Positions 39,827 to 48,426 of a stretch of DNA of 64,000 bases are shown piece after piece. The notes under the pieces were generated by a model. It was not told the origin of the DNA. It worked only from the letters and a program-made list of their open reading frames with translations, and searched no databases. Where the stretch lies: contig JACQEO010000084.1 in assembly GCA_016200545.1 (NCBI GenBank), positions 5,528-69,527 of the forward strand. Reading direction: 5' to 3'. Both the position numbers and the translations under genes were made by a program. How positions within the stretch are numbered: position 1 is the first letter of the stretch; each line of letters starts with the position of its first letter. The stretch is from Deltaproteobacteria bacterium (lineage in GTDB: Bacteria; Desulfobacterota; Binatia; UTPRO1).

Positions 39827-41263
39827 ATGGCCCAGACAGCGCAGCTTCGGCAGTTCGACGTCGTCGAGAACGAGGCGCAGCGGGTGTTCGCGGCGCAGCG
39901 CGCGGCATACCTGCGCGAGCCCTACCCCAGCATCGAGGAGCGCACCCAGAACCTCACCAAGCTCGAGCGCATCCTCGTCGACAACGTCGACGCGATCGCC
40001 GAGGCGATCAACGCCGACTTCGGCTGCCGGTGCGCGGAAGAGTCCAAGCTCCTCGAGATCTTCACCTCCGTCGACGGCATCCGGCACACACGGCGGAAGC
40101 TCCGCGCGTGGATGAAGCCGCAGCGTCGGCACGTCTCGATGCTGTTCGCGACCGGATCGAACCGCGTCATCCCGCAGCCGAAGGGCGTCGTCGGCATCGT
40201 CTCGCCGTGGAACTACCCGCTCTTCCTCACCGTCAGCCCACTCACCAGCGCGCTCGCCGCGGGCAACCGTTGCATGATCAAGATGGCGACCAACTCGAGC
40301 ACGCTCTGCCGGCTGCTCGCCGAGAAGTTCACGGAGCAGTTTCCCGAGGAAACCGTCACGATCCTTCCCGGCGTTCGCGCCCAGGACTTCTCCACCCTCC
40401 CCTTCGACCACATCATCTTCACCGGCTCGGCCGACGCCGGCCGCACCGTGATGCGCTCGGCGTCCGAGAACCTCACCCCGGTGACGCTCGAGCTCGGCGG
40501 CAAGTCGCCGACGATCGTCTGCGACGACTTCGACGTCGACGCCGCGGCCGCGCGTATCCTCTACGGCAAGTTCGTCAACGCCGGCCAGACCTGTCTCGCA
40601 CCCGACTACGTCTTCGTACCCGAGGCCAAGCGCGAGCAGTTCGTCGCCGCGGCGCGCCGCATCCTCACCGAGCGTTACCCCGATCCGAACGCCGGCGGCT
40701 ACACGTCGATCATCGACGAGAAGTCGTACCGCCGGCTGCGCGCGACGCTCGAGGACGCGGAAAAGAAGGGCGCGCAAGTCGTGTCGCTCGTCCCCGGCGC
40801 GACCTTCAACGACGCAATGCGGAAGATCCCGCAGCACATCGTCCTCGACCCGACCGACGACATGACGATCATGCGCGAGGAGATCTTCGGGCCGCTCCTC
40901 CCGGTGAAGACCTTCCGCCACATCGACGAGGTCATCACCTACGTGAACAGCAAAGACCGCCCGCTCGGCCTGTACTTCTTCACCAACGACAAGGAGCTCG
41001 AGCGCACGCTCCTCTACCGCACGATCTCCGGCGGCGTGACGATCAACAACTGCGTCTTCCACGTGGCGCAGCACGACCTGCCCTTCGGCGGCGTCGGCGC
41101 GAGCGGCATGGGCCACTACCACGGGCACGAGGGCTTCGTGGAATTCAGCAAGATGCGGCCGGTGTTCACCAACCCGAAGTTCTCGGCGATGCACCTCTTC
41201 TATCCGCCGTACACCAAGCTGCACTCGCGGCTCTTCGCCTTGCTGCTGAAGTTCAAGCGCTAG
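39827..41263 (+). CDS. NAD(P)-dependent aldehyde dehydrogenase (coniferyl-aldehyde-dehydrogenase-like subfamily)
   Basis: RBS GGAGG. Catalytic 'ELGGKSP' and 'NAGQTCLAPDYVFV' (Cys nucleophile); 478 aa. Confidence 0.85.
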   Translation: MAQTAQLRQFDVVENEAQRVFAAQRAAYLREPYPSIEERTQNLTKLERILVDNVDAIAEAINADFGCRCAEESKLLEIFTSVDGIRHTRRKLRAWMKPQRRHVSMLFATGSNRVIPQPKGVVGIVSPWNYPLFLTVSPLTSALAAGNRCMIKMATNSSTLCRLLAEKFTEQFPEETVTILPGVRAQDFSTLPFDHIIFTGSADAGRTVMRSASENLTPVTLELGGKSPTIVCDDFDVDAAAARILYGKFVNAGQTCLAPDYVFVPEAKREQFVAAARRILTERYPDPNAGGYTSIIDEKSYRRLRATLEDAEKKGAQVVSLVPGATFNDAMRKIPQHIVLDPTDDMTIMREEIFGPLLPVKTFRHIDEVITYVNSKDRPLGLYFFTNDKELERTLLYRTISGGVTINNCVFHVAQHDLPFGGVGASGMGHYHGHEGFVEFSKMRPVFTNPKFSAMHLFYPPYTKLHSRLFALLLKFKR

Positions 41264-41297
41264 CGACGTCGCGCCACGGGAGCGTGAGCGCCGCGGG

Positions 41298-41621
41298 TCA
41301 CACGTCGCCGAGGAGGCGGCCGATCTCGCGCACGGCGACCACGAGTTCCCATGCAACGTAGCCGCACACGGCGACGACGGCGATGGACGCGAGCCACTTG
41401 CCCTTCCGATCGAGGTGCGGCGTCCGCCACACGAGCGGCAACGCGAACGGTCCGAGCATCGTGAGCGCGAGCAGCACGATCCACAGCGGCCGGTAGTACC
41501 AGGCGATGAACGCGCCCTGCCCTTGCCCGCATCGCCGGCAGTAACGATCGTCGGCGTCGATGGCGAGGCCGCAGCTCCAACAGTGTCCGGGTGACGGAAC
41601 GACACCCGCGGGCGTCGCCAT
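41298..41621 (-). CDS. Small zinc-ribbon membrane protein (CxxC…CxxC followed by 2 TM segments), hypothetical
   Basis: '…SPGHCWSCGLAIDADDRYCRRCGQ…WIVLLALTMLGPFALPLVW…WLASIAVVAVCGYVAWELVV'. The start is uncertain (Met36 or Met46 of the track ORF). Confidence 0.45.
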   Translation of the reverse strand: MATPAGVVPSPGHCWSCGLAIDADDRYCRRCGQGQGAFIAWYYRPLWIVLLALTMLGPFALPLVWRTPHLDRKGKWLASIAVVAVCGYVAWELVVAVREIGRLLGDV

Positions 41622-41701
41622 GCGACGGCCCTCGTCAGCGACGTCGGACATCGACAGCGAGTCTCTCACGAAACCGCGACGACGGGGATGGGGCCGACAT
41701 C

Positions 41702-42898
41702 TCAGTCCGCGGTCGCCTCGGAATACACCGGCCGCGTCGCCGCCGAATACGGCCACGGCTCCGCGTCCGTCACGGCGATCAGCGCGCGCACGAAGGCGTC
41801 CTGGCGCGCGCGCGCGTCTGGCACGGGAACCCCGTGGTGCAGGACCGCGAAGCGCACGACCCCGAAGCGCCGGGTGCGGAGCGCGCCGGCGAGGGCGGAG
41901 GCACCGACCGAGCCGAAGGTGCCGGTCTTGCCGACGACGATCCCGGGACGTTCGGTCACCCGATCCTCGAGTGTCCCGTGATCGATGCCCGACACCGGGA
42001 GCGCCGCGGTGAGGTCGTTGCCGTGACGCGCGAGCTCGTCCATGAGCGCGCCGAGGAGCGCGACCGCAGCGCGTGGGCTCATCCTGTTGGTCTCGCCCGC
42101 GCCGGCGCCGTTGTCGATCACGATCTCGTCCCGCATCGCTTCGGGTACGTGCGCGCGGGCGTTCTCTTGAACGGCGGCCGCACCGCCGACCGCGTCGGCC
42201 GCAAAGTGGAAGACGTTGTTCGAGTAGCAGTTGAGCGCCTTGACGACGTGGAGGAGCGGCGGCGAGTGGAGCGCGGCGAGCGCTCGCCCGGGGCCCGACT
42301 TCGATCGCCGGCCGAGAAAGACGAGCGCGGTCTCGCGCAAACCCTCCGACGTCCCGTCGAGGTCGGTGACCAGCGCGCGCGCCTCGCCCCCGGCCTTGCC
42401 TGCGAGCACGGCGCCGAATCGCCGCCCACCCGGGTCCGGCTGCCAGTCGAACAGCAGCGGCCCGCGCACGACGAGTCGCCCCTCGACGACCCGCAGCCCG
42501 CGCGTGTGTAGCCGTCGGAGCAGCAGCAACGCGCTCTCGTCGACCAGGAACGGGTCGCCTCCGCCCTCGACGACGAGGTCTCCCGCGAGACGTCCCGCGC
42601 GTAGCGGACCGGCGCCGCGCAGGCGCGTCTCGAAGCGATGCGTCGGACCGAGACGCGCGAGCAACGCGAGCGACGTCGCGATCTTGGTGACCGATGCGGG
42701 ATGCACGGCGTGATCGGCGGCTTGCGCGACGAGGATCGTACCGTCGCCGGCGACGGCATACACCCCCTGTCCCTCGCCGACGGTCGATCGCGCCAGCCCT
42801 TGCAGTGCCGGCTCGGCAGCGGCGAGGGTCGCGTACAGCACGAGAGCGAGCGCTCCCATCGTCCTCGTCGCGGGCGACTCGGGTGGCATGGCGAGCAT
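41702..42898 (-). CDS. D-alanyl-D-alanine carboxypeptidase/endopeptidase, PBP4 (S13, DacB-like)
   Basis: Ordered SxxK 'ASVTK', SxN 'YSNN' and KTG 'GKTGT' motifs, plus a signal peptide. Confidence 0.7.
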   Translation of the reverse strand: MLAMPPESPATRTMGALALVLYATLAAAEPALQGLARSTVGEGQGVYAVAGDGTILVAQAADHAVHPASVTKIATSLALLARLGPTHRFETRLRGAGPLRAGRLAGDLVVEGGGDPFLVDESALLLLRRLHTRGLRVVEGRLVVRGPLLFDWQPDPGGRRFGAVLAGKAGGEARALVTDLDGTSEGLRETALVFLGRRSKSGPGRALAALHSPPLLHVVKALNCYSNNVFHFAADAVGGAAAVQENARAHVPEAMRDEIVIDNGAGAGETNRMSPRAAVALLGALMDELARHGNDLTAALPVSGIDHGTLEDRVTERPGIVVGKTGTFGSVGASALAGALRTRRFGVVRFAVLHHGVPVPDARARQDAFVRALIAVTDAEPWPYSAATRPVYSEATAD

Positions 42899-43044
42899 TG
42901 TGCGGACGACTGCCCGGCCGTCAACGAGCGGCCAAACCGTCGCGCCATCCGTCGCGTTCTTCCGCATCATTCCTAGTTGACCGCGCGATCGCGATGTCTC
43001 ACAGTTCGGCAGCAGACGATCCGTTCCATCTCATGAGGTACCGC

Positions 43045-44583
43045 ATGCGAAGGACGACGCGCGCACCGATGAACCCCGAGCCTTCCAACCTGACGCGCGC
43101 ACGCTGCAGTGCGCTGCTCGCGGCGCTGCTGATCGTGGCGCCGGTCGCTCCGTCCGCGCACGCCGCGCCGCGTGGCAAGCGCCACCCGCGCGACGTCGCC
43201 CTCGGTCTCAGCGTGCAACCGGGGCCGCAATGTCACCTCGGTCGTCACACGCTGACGTATCACGGCGGCGACCTCGTCCAGAACGTCGCCGTGTTCATCC
43301 TGTTTTGGGGTCCCGAGTGGCAAACCGATGCCGAGCATCAGGCGGCCGCCGCCTCCCTGCGCACGATGTACCACCAACTCGGCGGCAGTGAGTACGGCTG
43401 CTCGTGGCAGGAATTCGCGTTGCCGGGCAGTCCGATCGGCGGCGGATCGTATGCCGGCGACGAGATCATCCCGACGCCGCCCGTCTCCCCGGGCCAGCAG
43501 CTCGACGACGCCGACATCCAGGCGCGGATCCTGACGGAGGTACAGGCCCACCGCGCGCCGGACGCGACCGACGACACGTTCTATGTCGTCGTGCCGCCCA
43601 AAGGCGTGCCGGTGATCGCCGGTGGCGAGACGGGCTGCGGCGGGACGAACTTCACCTTCTGCGGCTATCACGACAGCTTCGCGAGCGGCGGGAAGCGCCT
43701 CCGCTACACGGTCCTGCCGTACCCGTGCAGCTCGGGCGGCGCGACTTGCTTCGTCGATTTCCAAGAGAGTGTCGTACCCTCCTTCCAGGCCGTCGGCTCG
43801 CACGAGCTCTCGGAGACGGTGACCGATCCCGATCAGCCCCCGGTCGGTGGGAGCGGCTGGTTCGACGACCACAGCGGCGACGAGGACGCCGACATTTGTG
43901 CGAGCGACACTTGCCTCGTCGACCTCCCCGTGGGCGTGGACGCGTTCACCGTCAACTCGCTGTGGTCGAACCTCGGCGGCGACTGTGTCGCCAGCGCTCC
44001 CTGCGCGGTGCCACCGGCCGCGTGCACCGATCCCGCGCCGGGCGCCTGCGTCACCAACACCCGCAGTCCGCAGGCCTGCGACCTCGAGTGGCACGTCGAG
44101 CCGAACCTCACCCGCGACCGCAATGGCTTCGCCGGCGGGGTGGTCTCTTGCGCCGACGGCCAGCCGTTCTGCGACGTCGATGCCACGGCGGACGGCCGGT
44201 GCACGTTCCACGTCGCGGTCTGCCTGAATAGCACCGACCCGCGCTTCGCCTGCACCGCGAGCGCCGTCGATTCCGTGCAGCTGCGCGGCAAGCTCGCCCG
44301 CAGCTCGGACCCGACCGATAACGCGAATGCCGCCGCGCTCCTCCCGGCGCTCGAGAATGCCGACCCCGGCAGCGCCGGCGCCGCGACGGGGAGCGTCGTC
44401 ACGTACACCCCGGCCGCCGCCACCAGCGACGCGTGCAGCAGCTATGTCGACGTCGTCGTCCCGGTGAAGTCGCGCAACGGGCGCATCACACCGGGAAAGC
44501 GTACGCTACAGGTGGCGACGCGAACCGCGACCAGTAAGGTGAGCGAGAAGCTGACGCTGATCTGTACGCCGACGTTCCTCTGA
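43045..44583 (+). CDS. Secreted protein with an N-terminal PHI-1/EXORDIUM-like domain and the same Cys-rich C-terminal module as the metalloprotease at 11708..13921
   Basis: AGGT-N6-ATG. Signal peptide '…CSALLAALLIVAPVAPSAHA'. 'LTYHGGDLVQNVAVFILFWGPEW' resembles the Phi_1 (PF04674) N-motif. The C-terminal 178 aa align with the C-terminal 198 aa of the metalloprotease. Confidence 0.6.
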   Translation: MRRTTRAPMNPEPSNLTRARCSALLAALLIVAPVAPSAHAAPRGKRHPRDVALGLSVQPGPQCHLGRHTLTYHGGDLVQNVAVFILFWGPEWQTDAEHQAAAASLRTMYHQLGGSEYGCSWQEFALPGSPIGGGSYAGDEIIPTPPVSPGQQLDDADIQARILTEVQAHRAPDATDDTFYVVVPPKGVPVIAGGETGCGGTNFTFCGYHDSFASGGKRLRYTVLPYPCSSGGATCFVDFQESVVPSFQAVGSHELSETVTDPDQPPVGGSGWFDDHSGDEDADICASDTCLVDLPVGVDAFTVNSLWSNLGGDCVASAPCAVPPAACTDPAPGACVTNTRSPQACDLEWHVEPNLTRDRNGFAGGVVSCADGQPFCDVDATADGRCTFHVAVCLNSTDPRFACTASAVDSVQLRGKLARSSDPTDNANAAALLPALENADPGSAGAATGSVVTYTPAAATSDACSSYVDVVVPVKSRNGRITPGKRTLQVATRTATSKVSEKLTLICTPTFL

Positions 44584-44611
44584 GACGCACCGCGCCGGTG
44601 CGGGGCGCACG

Positions 44612-44944
44612 TTGACCGCACGCGATATTGGGGTGTACGAATCGCGCCACGTGAAGCCGCGCGCGACGTCACTGCTGTTGCTCGTCCTCCTTTCTCTGAG
44701 CGGTCGCGCCGCGCTCGCCCACCCCGATACGCTCGGCGAAGCGGATCCCTATTGGCAGCAGAGCGCGAATGCCGCGCGCGACGAGAGCGCCAAAGCGACA
44801 CGGGGCGACACCCCTTCGGGACAGTCGACGGCGGTATCCCGGCTGCTCAAAGGCTTCGCCTACGCGTCGGGCGGCGTGTCCCTGCTGTTCGTGCTCTCGT
44901 TGGTGCGCTCGATGCGGGGCTCGCAACGGCGGGCGCGAGCCTGA
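44612..44944 (+). CDS. Small hypothetical protein with a signal peptide and C-terminal TM segment, immediately upstream of the Zn/Mn ABC ATPase
   Basis: '…RATSLLLLVLLSLSGRAALAHP…GFAYASGGVSLLFVLSLV'. The start is ambiguous (ATG at 44612 or GTG at 44651). Confidence 0.4.
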   Translation: MTARDIGVYESRHVKPRATSLLLLVLLSLSGRAALAHPDTLGEADPYWQQSANAARDESAKATRGDTPSGQSTAVSRLLKGFAYASGGVSLLFVLSLVRSMRGSQRRARA

Positions 44945-44970
44945 GCGCTGAGCACGGGACGACCGATTCC

Positions 44971-45690
44971 GTGAGCGCGGACGCCCTGCCCCTCGTCGAG
45001 GTGTGCGACGTCACCGTCCGGCGCGAGCGCGAGCTGCTGTTGGATGCGGTCTCGCTCGCCCTCGCGCCGGGATCGATCACCGTGCTCGTCGGTGCCAACG
45101 GCGCCGGCAAGAGCACGCTCATCGCCGCGATCCTCGGACAGATCGAGTTCAGCGGGCGTATCCTCCTTCACTGGCGCGGGAGCGGACGGATCGGCCTCGT
45201 GCCGCAACGCTTCGCGGTCGACGCGACGCTGCCACTCACCGCCGGCGAGTTTCTCGCTCTGTCGCGCCAGCGCCGCCCGGTCTGCCTCGGGATCTCCAGA
45301 GCCACGCGCGCACGCGTCGACGCGTTGCTCGCCGGAGCCGGCCTTTCCGCGGCTGCATCACGACCACTCGGCTCGCTGTCGGGTGGTGAAATTCAGCGGC
45401 TGCTGCTCGCGAACGCCATGGATCCGATCCCGGAGCTGTTGGTGCTCGATGAGCCCGCGACCGGCCTCGACGACGGCGCGGTCCGGCAGTTCGAGGCGCG
45501 ACTGCTCGCGGCGCGCGCGCAGTCCGGCGTGACGGTGCTCATGGTCTCCCACGATCTCGCGCAGGCGCGCCGTCTCGCCGATCTCGCGGTCATCCTCGAC
45601 CACCGCGTGGCGCGCAGCGGCCGGCCGGCGGAAACGCTCGCGACCGCCATCGAACCGACACTCGCGGCACTCGTCGCACCGCCGGTATGA
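44971..45690 (+). CDS. Metal (Zn/Mn) ABC transporter ATP-binding protein (ZnuC/MntA-like)
   Basis: Walker A 'GANGAGKSTL', signature 'LSGGEIQRLLLANAM', Walker B 'LLVLDEPATGLD'. GTG start inferred; no in-frame ATG. Confidence 0.75.
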   Translation: MSADALPLVEVCDVTVRRERELLLDAVSLALAPGSITVLVGANGAGKSTLIAAILGQIEFSGRILLHWRGSGRIGLVPQRFAVDATLPLTAGEFLALSRQRRPVCLGISRATRARVDALLAGAGLSAAASRPLGSLSGGEIQRLLLANAMDPIPELLVLDEPATGLDDGAVRQFEARLLAARAQSGVTVLMVSHDLAQARRLADLAVILDHRVARSGRPAETLATAIEPTLAALVAPPV

Positions 45691-46565
45691 GCGTGCTCTA
45701 CGAATGGTTGGCTGGACTGGCGCAGGACGGCCGCATTCCCGCGAGCCTTGGCTACGCCTTCGTCGTACGCGGCGCGATCGCCGTGCTGCTCCTCGCGCCG
45801 CTGCTCGGCGGCATCAGCCACCTCGTCGTCGCGCGCCGCCTGGCGTTCTTGAGCACGGCGCTCGGACAAGCGGCGCTCACCGGGTTGACGATCGGCCTCG
45901 TGCTCGGCGAGCCCTTGAACGCACCGTACGGCGGCATCTTCGGATTCTGTCTGCTGTCCGCGATCGGCATGGTGTAGGTGAAGCGTCGCGCGTCATTGCC
46001 GTCGGACACGCTCATCGGCGTCTTCCTCTCGATGACGCTCGGCCTCGGGATCTGCCTTCTCGTGGCCGTGACCAAGCGGTTCAACATTCATCAGATCGAG
46101 GCCGTCATGTTCGGGAGCATCCTCACCGTGACCGACGCGGATCTGGGCTTGCTCCTCGCCGCCGGGATCGTCGTCGCCGGCGTGCTCGCGTGGCACTACA
46201 ACGCGCTGCTCCTCGACAGCGTGAGCCCGCCCCTCGCGCGGGTATCGGGCGTCTCCGCGGCGGCGCTCGAATACCTCTTCGTCGTGCTTCTCACCGTGGC
46301 GATCGTCATTTCGCTCAAAGTGATCGGCGCGTTGTTGGTCGAGGCGCTGGTCATCGTTCCCGCGGCGTCCGGTCGAAACCTCGCCCGCAGCACGGTTAGC
46401 TATCTGGTGTGGAGCGTGCTCACGGCGTTGGCGGCGGGTCTCGGAGGTCTTGCCCTCTCCACCCGTCTCCTGGTGCCGAGCGGCGGTGCCATCGTCCTGG
46501 CGCTCGCCGCGCTCTTCTTCGCCACGCTCGCGATCCACGGGTTGCGGGCGCGCGTCGCGGGCTAA
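45687..46565 (+). pseudogene. ABC-3 family metal permease (ZnuB/MntB-like) interrupted by an in-frame TAG at 45975-45977
   Basis: Two same-frame ORFs (96 aa and 195 aa) sum to a normal ~291-aa ZnuB. The junction 'LLSAIGMV*VKRRASLPSDTLIGVF' aligns with E. coli ZnuB '…[21 protein letters not shown]', putting TAG where TGG (Trp) is expected. Confidence 0.7.
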
Positions 46566-46577
46566 GTGGAGACTGCG

Positions 46578-47732
46578 ATGGGCCGCCATCCGAACCTCTT
46601 GCGTCTCGCGGAGCGTCTGCTCGCTCACATCAAGGCGGACACGCTCGAGATGGCGCCGGATCAGTGGACGTTGCCGGTGAGCCACTACTGCTCCGACGAG
46701 CGGCTGGCGCGCGAGCGGGAGACGCTCTTCCGGCGCTATCCGATCGTGGTCGCGCACGCCTCCGAGCTCGACGCACCCGGGAGCTGTCTTCGCCATGACG
46801 CGCTCGGGGTTCCTCTCCTCCTCGTGCGCGGCGAAGACAGCCGGGTCCGCTGCTTCCTCAACGTGTGCCGGCACCGCGGCATGCGGCTGGTGAGCGAGGA
46901 CGGCGCATGCCGGCGGAAGGCGCTCGTCTGTCCGTACCACGGATGGACGTACGGACTCGACGGCACGCTCCTGCACGTCCCCCATGCCGAGGCGTTTCCC
47001 GAGCTACGGCCGGAGACGCGCGGGCTCGTGTCGGTGGCGCTCGAGAGCCGTCACGGCCTGCTCTGGGTGCGCCCGACACCGGGCCCGGCGCTGGACTTGG
47101 ACACGTTTCTCGGTCCCATCGCCGACGACCTCGAGTCGTTCGCGCTGTCGACGCACGTCGTCTATCGACGCATCGACACCGTCCGGCGCGCCAACTGGAA
47201 GCTCGTGATCGATGCCTTCCTCGAGGCCTACCACATCCGCGTGTTGCACCGCGACACGATCTACCGTTTCTTCCTCGATGCGCGCGCCGTGTCCGACTTC
47301 GTCGGACCCCACGTGCGCTCGCTCGCGGCCCGACGCGCGGCGAAGGCGCTGGTGGGAACGCCGCCGTCGGCATGGGATCTGCGCGAGCATTTCACCTTCA
47401 CCCACTTCGTGTTCCCGAATTCGGTCTTCATCTTTCATCCCGACTACGTGAGCCACATCACGGTCTTTCCGGTCGACGCGGATCACGTGCGCTGGGTGCA
47501 CGCGATGCTCGTCCCGTCCGCGGTCGCAACCGAGGACAGGCGCCCGCACTGGGACCGAACGCTCGCGCTCATCGAGGAGACCGTCTTCCAACGCGAGGAC
47601 CTCTTCGCCGCCGAGGGCATTCAGACGGGGCTGCGATCGGGAGCGAACCAGAGCGTCACGTTCGGGCGGCTCGAGAGCGCGCTCCATCACTTCCACGCGA
47701 CGATCGAGCGCTCGCTCGCGCCGGAGCCATAG
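46578..47732 (+). CDS. Rieske [2Fe-2S] non-heme-iron oxygenase alpha-subunit-like protein
   Basis: Rieske motifs 'CRHRGMRL' and 'CPYHGW'. C-terminal catalytic-domain His/Asp region. GGAG RBS. The start lies 12 nt after the permease stop. Confidence 0.75.
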   Translation: MGRHPNLLRLAERLLAHIKADTLEMAPDQWTLPVSHYCSDERLARERETLFRRYPIVVAHASELDAPGSCLRHDALGVPLLLVRGEDSRVRCFLNVCRHRGMRLVSEDGACRRKALVCPYHGWTYGLDGTLLHVPHAEAFPELRPETRGLVSVALESRHGLLWVRPTPGPALDLDTFLGPIADDLESFALSTHVVYRRIDTVRRANWKLVIDAFLEAYHIRVLHRDTIYRFFLDARAVSDFVGPHVRSLAARRAAKALVGTPPSAWDLREHFTFTHFVFPNSVFIFHPDYVSHITVFPVDADHVRWVHAMLVPSAVATEDRRPHWDRTLALIEETVFQREDLFAAEGIQTGLRSGANQSVTFGRLESALHHFHATIERSLAPEP

Positions 47733-47757
47733 CCCGCTCGTCAGCATGCTCGCGCGC

Positions 47758-48117
47758 CTATTGCTTGCAGAGACTGCGCACGTACGACACGAGAGCGTGG
47801 ATCTCGTCGTCCTCCATCCCGTCTTTCCATGCCGGCATGTCCTTGCTCAGATTGACTGACTCCCCGCCTTCCTTGATTGCGCGAAAGAGGGTTTCCTCCT
47901 TGACGTCCTTCATCCGTTTGCAGTCGGTCAGATCACGCGGCTTGGTGGACAAGGTCGCCGCCGACGCGCCGTTCCCCTTGCCATCCGCGCCGTGACACTT
48001 CGCGCAGAATATCCCGAAGCTCTTCTTGGCGGCGGCAAGGTCGGCGGCGCCGGCGGGAGCGGTCGCGACGGCAACCGAGAGGCCGGCAAGCAAGACGCCG
48101 AGTACGTGCATGCGCAT
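47758..48117 (-). CDS. Monoheme cytochrome c (class I), periplasmic
   Basis: Signal peptide 'MRMHVLGVLLAGLSVAVATAPAGA'. Heme-binding 'CAKCHG' with a distal Met ('DMPAW'). Confidence 0.7.
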   Translation of the reverse strand: MRMHVLGVLLAGLSVAVATAPAGAADLAAAKKSFGIFCAKCHGADGKGNGASAATLSTKPRDLTDCKRMKDVKEETLFRAIKEGGESVNLSKDMPAWKDGMEDDEIHALVSYVRSLCKQ

Positions 48118-48135
48118 GCGTCGCCCCCGATCCGC

Positions 48136-48414
48136 TCAGTGCGACCGCAGGAACGCGTGAATCGCGCTCGCGTTGTCCGCCGGCAGGTTCGCGATCGTGC
48201 GCATATGGAGCATGATCGTGTCCCACTCGGCGGCGCTACGCTCCCCACCCGGCCGCGCCTTGTGGCAGCCGCCGCAGTATTGCGGCCAGAGCTCGGCGCC
48301 GCGACGAAAAAGCGCCTTGTCATCTCCCCGGTCGTCCGCACGCGCCGCCGAGGCGCCCAGCAAAAGGGCCGCCCCCAGCAGAACCACCAGCCATCGAATC
48401 GGTCTCGCGCTCAT
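48136..48414 (-). CDS. Small monoheme c-type cytochrome
   Basis: Signal peptide 'MSARPIRWLVVLLGAALLLGASAARA'. Heme-binding 'CGGCH' with a downstream Met ('IMLHM'). Confidence 0.65.
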   Translation of the reverse strand: MSARPIRWLVVLLGAALLLGASAARADDRGDDKALFRRGAELWPQYCGGCHKARPGGERSAAEWDTIMLHMRTIANLPADNASAIHAFLRSH

Positions 48415-48426
48415 CGTCAGCCCTCC

